Below the pieces are notes generated by a model that saw only the letters and a program-made list of their open reading frames with translations, was not told the origin of the DNA and made no database searches. Positions 10,229-20,272 of a DNA stretch of 64,000 nucleotides are shown one piece after another (position 1 is the stretch's first letter; each line of letters opens with the position of its first letter). The stretch is from an uncultured Acidobacteriota bacterium (GTDB taxonomy: Bacteria > Acidobacteriota > UBA6911), in contig CAWHCF010000010.1 of NCBI GenBank assembly GCA_963827655.1, positions 234,542 to 298,541 of the forward strand. The letters are read 5' to 3'. A program made the translations under genes and the position numbers.

Positions 10229-10993
10229 GCGACCCGTTCGGTGGCTTGCATGGTGCGCCATTGTGATGGCGGCACTGGCCGTGGCCATGGGGGTCCACAA
10301 GGCAGCATCGGGCTATGAGGATCGTGAGCTGCCACGGGGCGTCAGCCATCCGATTTTCGCGCTCCAGCTGGCGGGGAGCGACGCGGAGGTCCGCCTGATA
10401 GCAGGATGTTCGAACACCACCGAGAGGCTGGCGCAGTGCCGTGATGAGGCCACGCTGCGGTGGCAAGTCTACCTCGATTTTCCGTTCGTGGCCGCTTATA
10501 CCGGGTTTCTACTTACTTGTGCGTGGGTCACGGGTGCGCGGTGGCCGAAGCTGTGCGTTGGATCGCCTGGGCGGGTGCAATTGCGGCAGTCGTGGCGGCG
10601 GCCATGGACTTTCGCGAGAACTTTGCCATGCTGCGGACGCTTGCCGGTAGTGGAGCCGATGGCGTCCGCGATGCGGGCTACGACAAATGGGTCTGGGTGT
10701 GCGTCGCGGCCTGTTTTGCGGCCCTGGCGGCGTTCGCCGTGGTCTCCGGGCGTGGATTCTGGTGGAGGTTGATCTCGGTCGCGGTTGCTGCCCAGATCCT
10801 GGCGGGCGCCGTGGTCGTGTGGAGCGCAAGCACGAGTGGATGCGACCTGCGGCTGGAGGAAGGCGCGATGCGGACGATGTCCGGGCTGGCAATGCTGGCG
10901 CTGTTGGTGCTGGTGCTAGCCTTCGGCGCGGCCCTCAAGCGTTTCGCCTTTGACAAATTGGGAGCGCGCTGGCGTCGCGCCGTGTGGGGATAA
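10206..10993 (+). CDS. Hypothetical membrane protein (frameshift near 10530), overlapping the patatin gene end
   Basis: Hydrophobic helices; LDFPFVAAY and DFRENFAML motifs in consecutive frames. Confidence 0.55.
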
Positions 10994-11023
10994 AGCGATT
11001 TTGGAGTGCGGTAGCTAGCTCTG

Positions 11024-11256
11024 AACCTTACACGCATCTCACCGTCTTGCGATCGCCCCGAGGGCGACTGAAATTAGCCTGGGCAAGCGAAGCGCGGCCC
11101 GGGGTTTGCGGCGTATGTCCAAGCGCCCTGAAGGGGCGCAGGAGCATTGAGGGGGAAGCGTCCAGCGCCCCTCCGGGGCGCGTCTCTTTGCTTGGGTAAA
11201 CCGGGGCAGCGCTTCGCTTGCCCCCGGCTAATTTCCGTCGCCCTTTCAGGGCGCGA
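11024..11256. mobile_element. Palindromic REP-doublet/MITE, copy 1 (one terminal repeat missing)
   Basis: Begins AACCTTACACGCATCT; reverse-complement match to the 29474-29769 element; nested hairpins. Confidence 0.75.
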
Positions 11257-11409
11257 AGGTAATCGTTTGACCTTAGCCTAACAAGTCAGTTGTGCCTCGC
11301 TCGGAAGCCGGACGTGCTTGATAGCCCGTCCGCACATGCGATCGGTACCGTTTTCAGACAATCTCGTTCCTAAGCGTAGTTTGCTATCCGCCAGCGGAAC
11401 AGGAAGGTC

Positions 11410-13191
11410 CTACTTCGTCGTCGGCACTTCCAGTTCGAAGGCGATTTCGCCGCGGCGCCAATCAAGGGCTGCGCCCGGCGGCGCCGGTTGGACATTGACC
11501 GGTACCGTCAGCACTCCGACGGCGCGGCGCAATTCCTTTTCCGGGGCGTTGGCATAGGGATTAAAGGGGAGCACAGGCCAGGTCAGCCGGGCGGCCGGAT
11601 CGACACGGAGGGTCCAGCCGCGATGGCGGATCCAGCCGCCAATCTGGTCGGGGAGCAGCTCGACGCGGCTGGCATCCAGAGCGACCTTCGTCCTGGCGGT
11701 TTCCAGCATCTCGCCTCCCTGCAAGCGGAGTTGCAGGTTGAGCTGTACATCTTGCAGCCGTCCGCGGCCCGTCTCGGTGATCGCGAAGCGCAGCGCCACG
11801 CGATCGTCGCGCGGCGCCGGCACCTCGGCTTCGGCGAAAAAGGTGAAATAGCCCAGGCCAAGCCGGTCGCGCTCGTCGTTCATTCGCAGCCGGCTACTGA
11901 GCGGTATCGTCGTTACGCGCGGGGCAGGCGCCGGAGGCGTCCCGCTCGACGCGACGTTTCCCTCGCGCGGAGCCTGCGGACTGCGATCGACGGTCTTCTC
12001 CAGAAATGTGGCCAGCTCCGGCTGATACTTGGAGTTGGCGCCGGTGATAATCAGTCCAAGCTTTTCGTGATAAATGCTCAGGTGACCCTGTCGGTCCAGA
12101 GTGAACTGACTGTCGATCGGGGTATCGATCAGGCCGGAAAGGCAGACAACCCAGGGCCCGCTCTTGCGAATCCCCGCAGCTTCTTTCATCTGGTAGGCGG
12201 AACGGGTCAGCTCTTGCGGAATTGGCTCGGTCGGTCCCTCGTGATAGTAGAGCGCGCTTTGTGAGAGCCGGCCCAGATCGCGCGAGCTTGTTTTCCCGGG
12301 CGTGAAGAAACCGGCCAGGAAAGCGGCATAGCGGCGACCGTCGGGCCAGTGAGAAAAGCCGAATTGGCCCCACGGGCTGACGGCCCAGTGCCGGTTACGG
12401 CCGTTGATCGTCTCGACCGGCGTGCCGTCGGGCCACGTGAAATTCTTGTGGAAGTTGGTCGCCCGCCGCAGGGCCTCGAGCGCCGCGGGGTCGCGGCTGT
12501 GTTCCCAGTAAAGGGCGACGCAGCACATGGTCAGATAGTTATAGCCGGTCGCGGGCCCGTTGTCGGTGAATTCGGCCCAGTAGCCATCCGGGGTCTGTTC
12601 CTCGGAGGCCAGCCGGTGGAGCGCGCGCGCGCCCAGCTGCTCCCATTCCTTGTTCGCCAGGACCCGCCCGGCCAGATAGGTCGTCGAGGCGAAGAGCGCA
12701 TAGTGATTGGTCGAAGTCCGAATGTACGGTCCCTGGTAGCGGGGGAAGTCAATGCGATAAGCCACCTGGCCGGCGAACCAGCGCGTGATCTTCTCGATCT
12801 CCCGTTGCCAACGGGCGCGCCGCTCATTGCCCAGCTGGGTTTCGAGCAAGCGAAACGTATCGAGCCAGAAATGGATTTCCCACTCGTAGTCCTGCTTGTT
12901 TTCGGCAGTGTCCTTTTCGCTCTGGCCGGCAAACAGATCGCCAAGCTTCAGCGCCAGGTCGAGCTTCTGTTTGTCGCCCAGCGAGGGATTGGCCTGATGC
13001 TTCTTGGTGTAGAGCACGGCTGCGGCCAGCATTGCGCCGTGGTTGGACTTCAAGTTGTCGGGTTGGAGCGGTTTCAGCTCGGCTTCCATCAGCTTGAAGT
13101 AATATCCCGGCAGCTCCACCGAAGGGGGAGCAGCCGACGCTCCCAGAACGAATCCGACGAGAATCAGGCAGGTAAAGCGACGCGGTCTCAT
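11410..13191 (-). CDS. Secreted hypothetical protein, possible alpha/alpha-toroid lyase-like fold
   Basis: Signal peptide, long ORF; TNH...GYWAE...GYNY pattern reminiscent of heparinase II/III-type proteins (weak). Confidence 0.55.
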   Translation of the reverse strand: MRPRRFTCLILVGFVLGASAAPPSVELPGYYFKLMEAELKPLQPDNLKSNHGAMLAAAVLYTKKHQANPSLGDKQKLDLALKLGDLFAGQSEKDTAENKQDYEWEIHFWLDTFRLLETQLGNERRARWQREIEKITRWFAGQVAYRIDFPRYQGPYIRTSTNHYALFASTTYLAGRVLANKEWEQLGARALHRLASEEQTPDGYWAEFTDNGPATGYNYLTMCCVALYWEHSRDPAALEALRRATNFHKNFTWPDGTPVETINGRNRHWAVSPWGQFGFSHWPDGRRYAAFLAGFFTPGKTSSRDLGRLSQSALYYHEGPTEPIPQELTRSAYQMKEAAGIRKSGPWVVCLSGLIDTPIDSQFTLDRQGHLSIYHEKLGLIITGANSKYQPELATFLEKTVDRSPQAPREGNVASSGTPPAPAPRVTTIPLSSRLRMNDERDRLGLGYFTFFAEAEVPAPRDDRVALRFAITETGRGRLQDVQLNLQLRLQGGEMLETARTKVALDASRVELLPDQIGGWIRHRGWTLRVDPAARLTWPVLPFNPYANAPEKELRRAVGVLTVPVNVQPAPPGAALDWRRGEIAFELEVPTTK

Positions 13192-13503
13192 GACATGGCC
13201 TCCATGCGGCGGAACAAAAACCAACCACTAAGAAGACTCGCAGAAACGCTAAGCTTCGCACTCGGCGCGAATGTCGGCAGTGAGTTCTTGAAGGGTTTCC
13301 GTTTGTGCCGGCCTAAGGCTCAGGATCGCGCCACTTCGGGTGCGCCGAAGGCCCAGCTGGCTCTGTCCTCGCACCTCACGTACAGACCTCGAAAACGCAC
13401 GTCGCTACGCGCACTCGCCAGACGGGCCTTGGCCTGCAACAAAACAGCGACTTAGTTCTGCCGAATCGTAAGACAAAGACTCGAAGAAACGCTAAGTGTC
13501 GGA

Positions 13504-13950
13504 TCAAAACACGATGCGGTCTTTTTTGGCTTCGATCTTCTCTGCGTCCACCCCGGGCACTTTTTTGAGGTCTTCGATCGACTTGAACTTGCCGTTCTTG
13601 GTTCGATAGGCAATGATGGCGGCGGCTTGAGAGCGCCGAAGAGAGAGCCTGCTCTCCAGCTCAATAGCGGCGGCCTTATTCACATTGACGGGGGGAACCT
13701 CCCCCGCCGGGAAGTGCTTGGCCAGGTAGTCAAGAATCAAAGCGAGCTCCTGGTCCGATGCTTTAGTGCCTAAACCCACCATTTTGTTCAGAGTCGCCAG
13801 CCAGCCATCGCGATCCTGCCGCTTTGAGACCGACTGTTCCATATCGTGGCAACCCTTGCAGACTCTCTCGGTCTCTTCGCGTCCCGGACCTTCAGGGAGT
13901 TGCGCCCACAGATTGGTTGAGAACAGCAGAAAGAGAATTATGCCCGTCAT
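13504..13950 (-). CDS. c-type cytochrome fused to ComEA-like helix-hairpin-helix domain
   Basis: Signal peptide, CKGCH heme motif, VNVNKA...GKFKSIEDLKKVPGV HhH. Confidence 0.85.
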   Translation of the reverse strand: MTGIILFLLFSTNLWAQLPEGPGREETERVCKGCHDMEQSVSKRQDRDGWLATLNKMVGLGTKASDQELALILDYLAKHFPAGEVPPVNVNKAAAIELESRLSLRRSQAAAIIAYRTKNGKFKSIEDLKKVPGVDAEKIEAKKDRIVF

Positions 13951-13991
13951 AGGTTACTTTATCGTTCGACTCGCGACCGAGTCAGTCCACT

Positions 13992-15615
13992 CTAACGCTC
14001 CAGGTGGAAGCCGAACGCGTACTGCGTTCCGTCATAGCCTCCGACATAAACACGGCCTCCACCTGCCGAGAGTCCACCGCTATGCACAAAGGATGTGATC
14101 GCGCCGCCACTGTTCCACAGCTCTTTGCCGGTCACGGCATCGAGCGCGTACAAGACCGCTGTCGAGGAACGCTGTGCGCGCTGCGCGGCGGTAAGCTGAG
14201 GATCGCTCGAGCGGAACTCGCCGCTGGAGAGCGCAAAAACCACGCCATTGACGATCGTGGGCGGCAGTGGCGAAACCATGTCGCGCGAGACCCAGCGCGG
14301 TCGCAAGGTGGGAGCGCCGTTCTCTTCAACGACCTCGAATGCGACAATCGCGCCATTGCTGACCTCGCCGTTGCCGGACGCAGATCCGGCGGCTGAGGCG
14401 ACCGAGCCGCCGGCCGGAGCCAATAGCCAACGTGTGCCGTCGGAGCCCTGCCAGCTGGCCAGGGAGCCCGCGGCAAAGTCCGGGTTTGAAAAAGCGGGCG
14501 TTATTGCCAGCGGCTTACCGTCCAGCGCGGCGGTGTCGAGCAACTGAATCCGGCCGTCGCGGGTAGCCACGGCGATCAGATCCTTGTCCTTGTACTCGAA
14601 CACGACGGGCGAAGAAGTGAAATCCTTTCCGGCCTTGTAGGAAGTCTTGACCGTGAGCGTGCCCGGCTCGAGCGCCACCAGTTCTCCGCCCGCGGCGGCC
14701 ACATAGAGCGTTCCGTCCGGACCCACCGCGAAACCTGCCGATCCGGCCACTCCGCCACCGGATTTCCAGTGAGTCACCTTCTTCGACTCCAGATCGAGCG
14801 CCCAGACACCATCTTCGACACCGCCACAACCGTTGACAGTCGCCACATACGCGGTGTTGTCAAACACGATCAGGCCGCGGGCATTCGCATTGGGCGGCAA
14901 GAACTGGATGGGCGGGTTCGGTTCTTCGCCGTTGGATACATAGAGCGAATGGAACTTGCCGTCGGACGTAACCGCGTGCACGTACTGCGGACCGCGGGCG
15001 AACGGGTTGGGCGCAGGCGCGGTTCTGCGGCCCGCCCCAGTCGCCGGAGTTGCCGGAGCCGGAGGCTGAAGTGGCCGCTCTTTCAGGGTGACCGCACCCT
15101 CGAAGGGTTCGCCAACTCCCGACTTTGCCGGCCCGCCCCGTCCGAAACCGCGGATAGCGGCCACCGCAGGGTATGCGACAAAAGTGGGACGCGTAAGGCT
15201 CGAGGTCATTCCTCCGGGGCAGAGGAGGGACGCGGGCGGCGCTGGAATCCGATGCAAGACTCTTTTCCCACTCGATGCGGGCCATGTCGACGTCCATCGC
15301 GATGATTTTGTCCGAACTGCCGCCCACGAATCCGAGCGAACGGAAGCCGCGGTACCCGATGTAGAAGTCGAACAGCACCGCCGGCATCAATGAATTCAGT
15401 TGCCGAGCCTCGTTTTGCAACTTGAGCTTCCATACGAGCTCAAAGCCGGGCTTCGCCATGGTCGCGGCGGAAATCTTTGCGTCCCCCCGGACCCAGGACG
15501 ACCGCTGGCCATCGTTGCCCATGGTCGTCCAGTCCGTACCACGCTGGGCGTACAACTGGCTTATGGCTCCAAGTGCGTAGCCTGCGAACACCGCGGAACG
15601 AACTAACTTTTGCAT
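13992..15615 (-). CDS. PQQ-binding-like beta-propeller protein (frameshift near 15235)
   Basis: [29 protein letters not shown]; paralog of 15940-17493. Confidence 0.75.
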
Positions 15616-15939
15616 ACCAAGAAAACTCCTCTTCGGTTCGCGACCGGAAACTCGGTGATTTGAAGCCAGGTTTCCGTCAAATCCGGCGTCCGAGCAATCC
15701 GCGAAACACTTGGCATTGTTCATCGGCTATCTTTGCGATTGGTGTCCTGGACGCTTGACTTAAAATAGCCCTTCGAAAAATCGCCCACTAACCATAAACA
15801 TCGACCTTGCCGTACGATGGATCGTCTTCAATCCCCTTACTCCGGGGATGTCACACGCGTACGGTTTGCTGTATAGTGAGGCGTTTGGGGAGAAAAGTAA
15901 AGCCACGTCGACTCATCTGCGTCGTCGGAGAGACCGCCC

Positions 15940-17493
15940 ATGAGAAGATTCCGAATCGTTGTTCCGTCGTTCCTATGGCTGCTTGGCGTCAGCGCCTGGA
16001 GCGCTGACTGGCTGACTGATGGCGGCGATGTGATGCGCACCAACTGGCAGAAGGACGAAAGCATCATCAACACGAAGAACGCGAAGGACATCAAGTTACT
16101 TTGGAAAATCAAGCTGGACAACCAGCCGCGCCAGATGCATTCGCTCCTCCCTCCGCTCGTAATTGGACGCGTCAACACCGGCAGCGGTCCGAAGCAGCTC
16201 GTCATCCAGGCCGGCGTCTCGGATAATCTCTATGCTATCGACGTTGCTACAGGTGAACTCCTCTGGAAGAGGCGTTTTGAAAGCACATACGAGGACCCGC
16301 CCGGCGCCCGCGGACCGACTGTGCTGTGCCCCGGAGGCATGACGGCAAACGTGACGATCGGACCCGGGGGAGAGCCCGGCAAGTACACTATCTACGCCGC
16401 CTCCTGGGACGGCCGCCTGTGGCAGGTCAACGCTGCCGACGGAAAGGACAATGCTCCGCCTGCCAAATTCATGCCCCCCAACGGCAAGCCGTATGCGATG
16501 AACCTGTTCAAGAACGTTCTGTACACCCACAGCGCGCAGGGTTGTGGCGGCAACCCGAACGTCGTCTACGCCTATGATCTGGCCACCCACAAGGTAGGCA
16601 GTTGGGGACCGGCGGGCGGGGGCATGTGGGGCCGATCCGGTCCTGCCATCAGCGCCAACGGAACGATGTATACCGGAACGGGCGACGGGCGTTGGGACCC
16701 GGAAAACGGAGTCTTCGGCAACGGTATTATCGGCGTGAAGCAGAATCCCGAGACCAAGAGTCTGGAGCTCGTGGACTACTACGGGCCTTCCAACGCCGAA
16801 TGGCTCTTCAAGCGTGATCTGGATATGCAGGTGACGCCCACCATTTTCAGTTACCAGGGCAAGGAGTACATGGTGGACGCCAGCAAGGAGTGTCGTCTTT
16901 ACTTTATGGATACGGAATCCATCGGCGGCGACGATCATCGGACACCAGTCTACCGCACGCCCCTCATCTGCAATGAAATTGTGGATTTTGCGGAGGCCGG
17001 CATCTGGGGTTCCCTGGCCACGTGGGAAGAATCGAATGGAACCCGTTGGCTGTTGACACCCTTTTGGGGACCGAAGCACTCCCAGTTCAAGGCGCCGGTG
17101 GAGCATGGCGAAGTCAAGAAGGGCGCCATCGCAGCGTTCAAGGTGGAGCCGAAGGAGGGCAAAGTGCAGTTGTCGCCGGCGTGGATTTCGCGCGACATGG
17201 ATCAGGCCGAGCCCCCCGTGATCGCCAATGGCGTGGTATATGCCTATGGCAGCGGCGAAAACACGGCGCAGGCATTTCCGGACGTGGGCCTCGACTTCCG
17301 GATGGAGCGGCGACTTCCCAAGTCGACGCACGCCGTGCTGTACGCCCTGGATGCCCAGACAGGCAAGGAGCTCTGGTCCAGCGGCAAGCAGATCCCCACG
17401 TGGAATCACTGGGGCGGTCTCGCGATGGCCAACGGGCGGGTGTACATCAACACGTACGACGGGGTTCTGTACTGCTTCGGCATCAAGAAGTGA
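15940..17493 (+). CDS. PQQ-binding-like beta-propeller protein, secreted
   Basis: Signal peptide, [14 protein letters not shown] and [16 protein letters not shown] tryptophan-docking repeats. Confidence 0.85.
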   Translation: MRRFRIVVPSFLWLLGVSAWSADWLTDGGDVMRTNWQKDESIINTKNAKDIKLLWKIKLDNQPRQMHSLLPPLVIGRVNTGSGPKQLVIQAGVSDNLYAIDVATGELLWKRRFESTYEDPPGARGPTVLCPGGMTANVTIGPGGEPGKYTIYAASWDGRLWQVNAADGKDNAPPAKFMPPNGKPYAMNLFKNVLYTHSAQGCGGNPNVVYAYDLATHKVGSWGPAGGGMWGRSGPAISANGTMYTGTGDGRWDPENGVFGNGIIGVKQNPETKSLELVDYYGPSNAEWLFKRDLDMQVTPTIFSYQGKEYMVDASKECRLYFMDTESIGGDDHRTPVYRTPLICNEIVDFAEAGIWGSLATWEESNGTRWLLTPFWGPKHSQFKAPVEHGEVKKGAIAAFKVEPKEGKVQLSPAWISRDMDQAEPPVIANGVVYAYGSGENTAQAFPDVGLDFRMERRLPKSTHAVLYALDAQTGKELWSSGKQIPTWNHWGGLAMANGRVYINTYDGVLYCFGIKK

Positions 17494-17553
17494 ACCCCGT
17501 ATGGGATTGACGATTGACGATTGACGATTGCGACGCAGGGACGTTGAGAGAAG

Positions 17554-18507
17554 ATGGGCCAGCGCGTGGCATCTTTACGCTTTCGCTTTCACAGAACGGG
17601 TAGAAGAAACCTTGGCTGCACCCCCGGCAGAGCCTGCATGCAGGCTGTCGCGTTTCTCGACGCGCCGCGCGGTTTCGGCCGCCTTGCGGTGCGATCAAAT
17701 GAGAAACGCACTCCGCGCGCCGCCGGCCGATCTCGCAACCGGCTCTGTGGATTTCGGTATTTCTTCGGCTTGGTTGTGCTCCTGCTGTCCAGTGTTGGAG
17801 TGTCGGTCCAGGCCCAAACGGTGGACCCTGCCAGGACCATCGCCGAGTTGGAACGGGAGTTGGCCGCTCACGTGCGCCTCCTGAGTGACTGGGGCGGTCT
17901 CACACGGTACGGCAGCGAGAATGCCGATCTGGGTCCCCCGGCTCCGGGCGTTGATCGAGTGGTTTTTCTGGGCGATGAGATCACCGAGATGTGGGGCCGG
18001 GGCGAGGCGAAGTTTTTCCCCGGAAAGCCGTTCTTGAACCGGGGCATTCGTCATCAGACCACGCCCCAAATGCTGGTCCGCTTCCGCCAGGATGTCATCA
18101 GCCTGAAGCCGAAGGTCGTGGTGATCCAGGGAGGTTCCAGCGACCTGGCGGGTTACTCGGGTCCAGCCACCCAGGGCACCATCTCCGAGAATTTCATGTC
18201 GATGACCGAACTTGCCAAGGCCAACGGCATTCGCGTTGTGCTGGCCTCGGTCACGCCGGTCTGCGACTGCTTCAAGATCCTGACGGACCGCCGGCCGCCG
18301 GGAAGGATCATTGGAATCAACGGATGGTTGAAGGATTACGCGGCCGAAAGCGGTTCGGTCTACCTCGACTACTATTCTGCGCTGGTCGAAGGCCGGGCAA
18401 TGAGGAAGGAATTCACCGTGGACGGTCTCATCCCGAACGACGCCGGTTACAAGGCGATGGCTTCGCTGGCCGAGCAGGCCATAATCCAGGCTCTGGGCCC
18501 GAAGTGA
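17554..18507 (+). CDS. SGNH/GDSL-fold protein with substituted catalytic residues (true start probably near 17750-17780)
   Basis: VVFLGDEIT, NRGIRHQTTPQMLVRF, GGSSD and DGLIPNDAGY blocks. Confidence 0.8.
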   Translation: MGQRVASLRFRFHRTGRRNLGCTPGRACMQAVAFLDAPRGFGRLAVRSNEKRTPRAAGRSRNRLCGFRYFFGLVVLLLSSVGVSVQAQTVDPARTIAELERELAAHVRLLSDWGGLTRYGSENADLGPPAPGVDRVVFLGDEITEMWGRGEAKFFPGKPFLNRGIRHQTTPQMLVRFRQDVISLKPKVVVIQGGSSDLAGYSGPATQGTISENFMSMTELAKANGIRVVLASVTPVCDCFKILTDRRPPGRIIGINGWLKDYAAESGSVYLDYYSALVEGRAMRKEFTVDGLIPNDAGYKAMASLAEQAIIQALGPK

Positions 18508-18784
18508 TCCAGGCACCGGTCTGATGATTGTCGCGAAACCACCCGATACATGTGCGGACGGGCTATCAAGCCCGTCCGGCCCCCTGGTGGCACAAAAGCT
18601 TTCATTGGTCATTTCTCATTCGTCATCTGTCATTTGTCATTAGTGGGTGCTGCGGGCGGGTTTGCGCTCGCAGACTACGCGGGCCTTGTTACCCCATGAA
18701 TGACAAATGAAAATGAACAGACCTGATGACCCGTCGCCACAGTCAAATTGCAGGGTTAGAGCTGAGGTTTCAGCAACCGCGGGG

Positions 18785-20272
18785 TCAGCGCTTGGGCGCA
18801 ACGTCGGCGTCAAACGCGGCGGTCAGGATCCGATCTCCGACCTTGACCTGAACCCAGAGGCGATAACGGCCGTCCTGCGGGAACTCGAATGGAAAGGAGA
18901 CGGTGCCGCCGGCCACGGCGGCGTGCTCGCTGTGATCCACTGGCTTTGTGGTTGCGCCGGCGCCGCGCTCGAGTACCTGCTGAGCCGCCATCGAGAAACT
19001 CCCGGCAGGATGGATGTGGGCGAAGACGGAACCGTCATCGCGCCGGACGGCCATGTGTCCCAGCATCCCCATATAGGGCTCGAGCGCGGCCGGGCGGCCG
19101 TCGCTCCCGCGCACCTGAAAAGTGAGAGATGAGGGCTGCCCCGCGACCAGCTCCTGCTGTTGCCAGACCATGACGATACCGTCGGCGAGCGGAGCCGCCG
19201 GGCTTGCCGCGCCACCAAGCGCCGCGGCGACGTGGAAGGAGTCGTCAGGATCGGGTTCGGGCGCGGCGCCCGGCGCCGCCGTTGATGGGGCTTCGGGTAC
19301 GTCGACACGATCGGTCAGAGTCTGCGCATATCCGCTCTCGTGCGTGACGTCGGCGTAGACGACGTAGCGGCCGGCGGGGAGCGGCGGCAACCTGACGTCA
19401 AAAGTGTTCGGGTCAAGGCGGAGCGGATGGAGGTGCGCGAAGGCGTCGAGCGCCGGCTCGCGCACGAGGAACATGTGCATCAGCTTGCCATGGTCCGGCA
19501 CCAACGGACTGAAGCGGTTCCGTCCCGGTTCCTGCGCGAGCCACCGCGGATCGTCGATCGCCAGGCGGAGCACGCGCTGCGAGGCCACGGAGCGGACGCC
19601 GGTGGTGATGTGGAGCGGGCGAAACATGTTGGCGCGGTAGCGGGCGTCGACGCTGTTCCACCATGCCCTCCCACCCGCGAGCACGAGCGCCAGAACGAGA
19701 GCAGATCCGGCGATGACGCGTCGACCACGGGCCCGGCGGGCCGCGTCGGGAACTTCGCCGGGCGGAAGCACGGCCTCGCGCGCCGCAGCGCCGAGGATGG
19801 TCAGGGCCCCGACAAACAGCAAAAGACCGAGCCCTGCGAACAGCACGCCGAGCCCCCGGTCGATTCCGAGCCGCCGCGTCGCCACCGACATCACCGGGAC
19901 GACGGCCTTGCCCGACCCGGACGTGCCTTCGACCGCGACGTGGATGCTGTAGGAGCCGAAGTCCATGAGCCAGAGCTCCGCGCTCCGAAGGGTCGCGTCG
20001 CCGCGCACCGGCTGTGCCAGATCGGGGGCTGGCGCACCTTTGGTGCCGGCGTCCCAGCGGACGGGTTGGACCGTGACCCTCCCCACCTCCGGGCTCTCGA
20101 CTCGGACGGTCACTTCGGCGCGTCCCGGCACGACGCCGGGCGGGCGGACGATCACGTCGATCGCGTAGGGCCCGGCGTTGCCATGATAGAAAACGGTCGA
20201 AGCGCCGATGTGCCCCCAGGTGGCGAACGGTATCGCGATAAGGAAAGCGAGGCGCGCGAGCGTCCTGATCAC
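18785..20272 (-). CDS. His-rich exported membrane-anchored protein (signal peptide, N-terminal His, soluble domain, 2 TM, soluble domains); PmoB-like topology
   Basis: ATWG|HIG; two central TM helices; DHGKLMH, HLHP, YMGMLGH and HIHP motifs; GTGA overlap with upstream gene. Confidence 0.75.
   Translation of the reverse strand: MIRTLARLAFLIAIPFATWGHIGASTVFYHGNAGPYAIDVIVRPPGVVPGRAEVTVRVESPEVGRVTVQPVRWDAGTKGAPAPDLAQPVRGDATLRSAELWLMDFGSYSIHVAVEGTSGSGKAVVPVMSVATRRLGIDRGLGVLFAGLGLLLFVGALTILGAAAREAVLPPGEVPDAARRARGRRVIAGSALVLALVLAGGRAWWNSVDARYRANMFRPLHITTGVRSVASQRVLRLAIDDPRWLAQEPGRNRFSPLVPDHGKLMHMFLVREPALDAFAHLHPLRLDPNTFDVRLPPLPAGRYVVYADVTHESGYAQTLTDRVDVPEAPSTAAPGAAPEPDPDDSFHVAAALGGAASPAAPLADGIVMVWQQQELVAGQPSSLTFQVRGSDGRPAALEPYMGMLGHMAVRRDDGSVFAHIHPAGSFSMAAQQVLERGAGATTKPVDHSEHAAVAGGTVSFPFEFPQDGRYRLWVQVKVGDRILTAAFDADVAPKR

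Noticed and set aside
11274-11340. Integron attC site (GCCTAACAAG..)
   Set aside because: No matching GTTRRRY core with a complementary stem and no integron integrase
16096-17409. Long antisense ORFs (also 22135-23304, 25842-27200, 58186-59568)
   Set aside because: Shadow frames of GC-rich genes with no recognisable motifs
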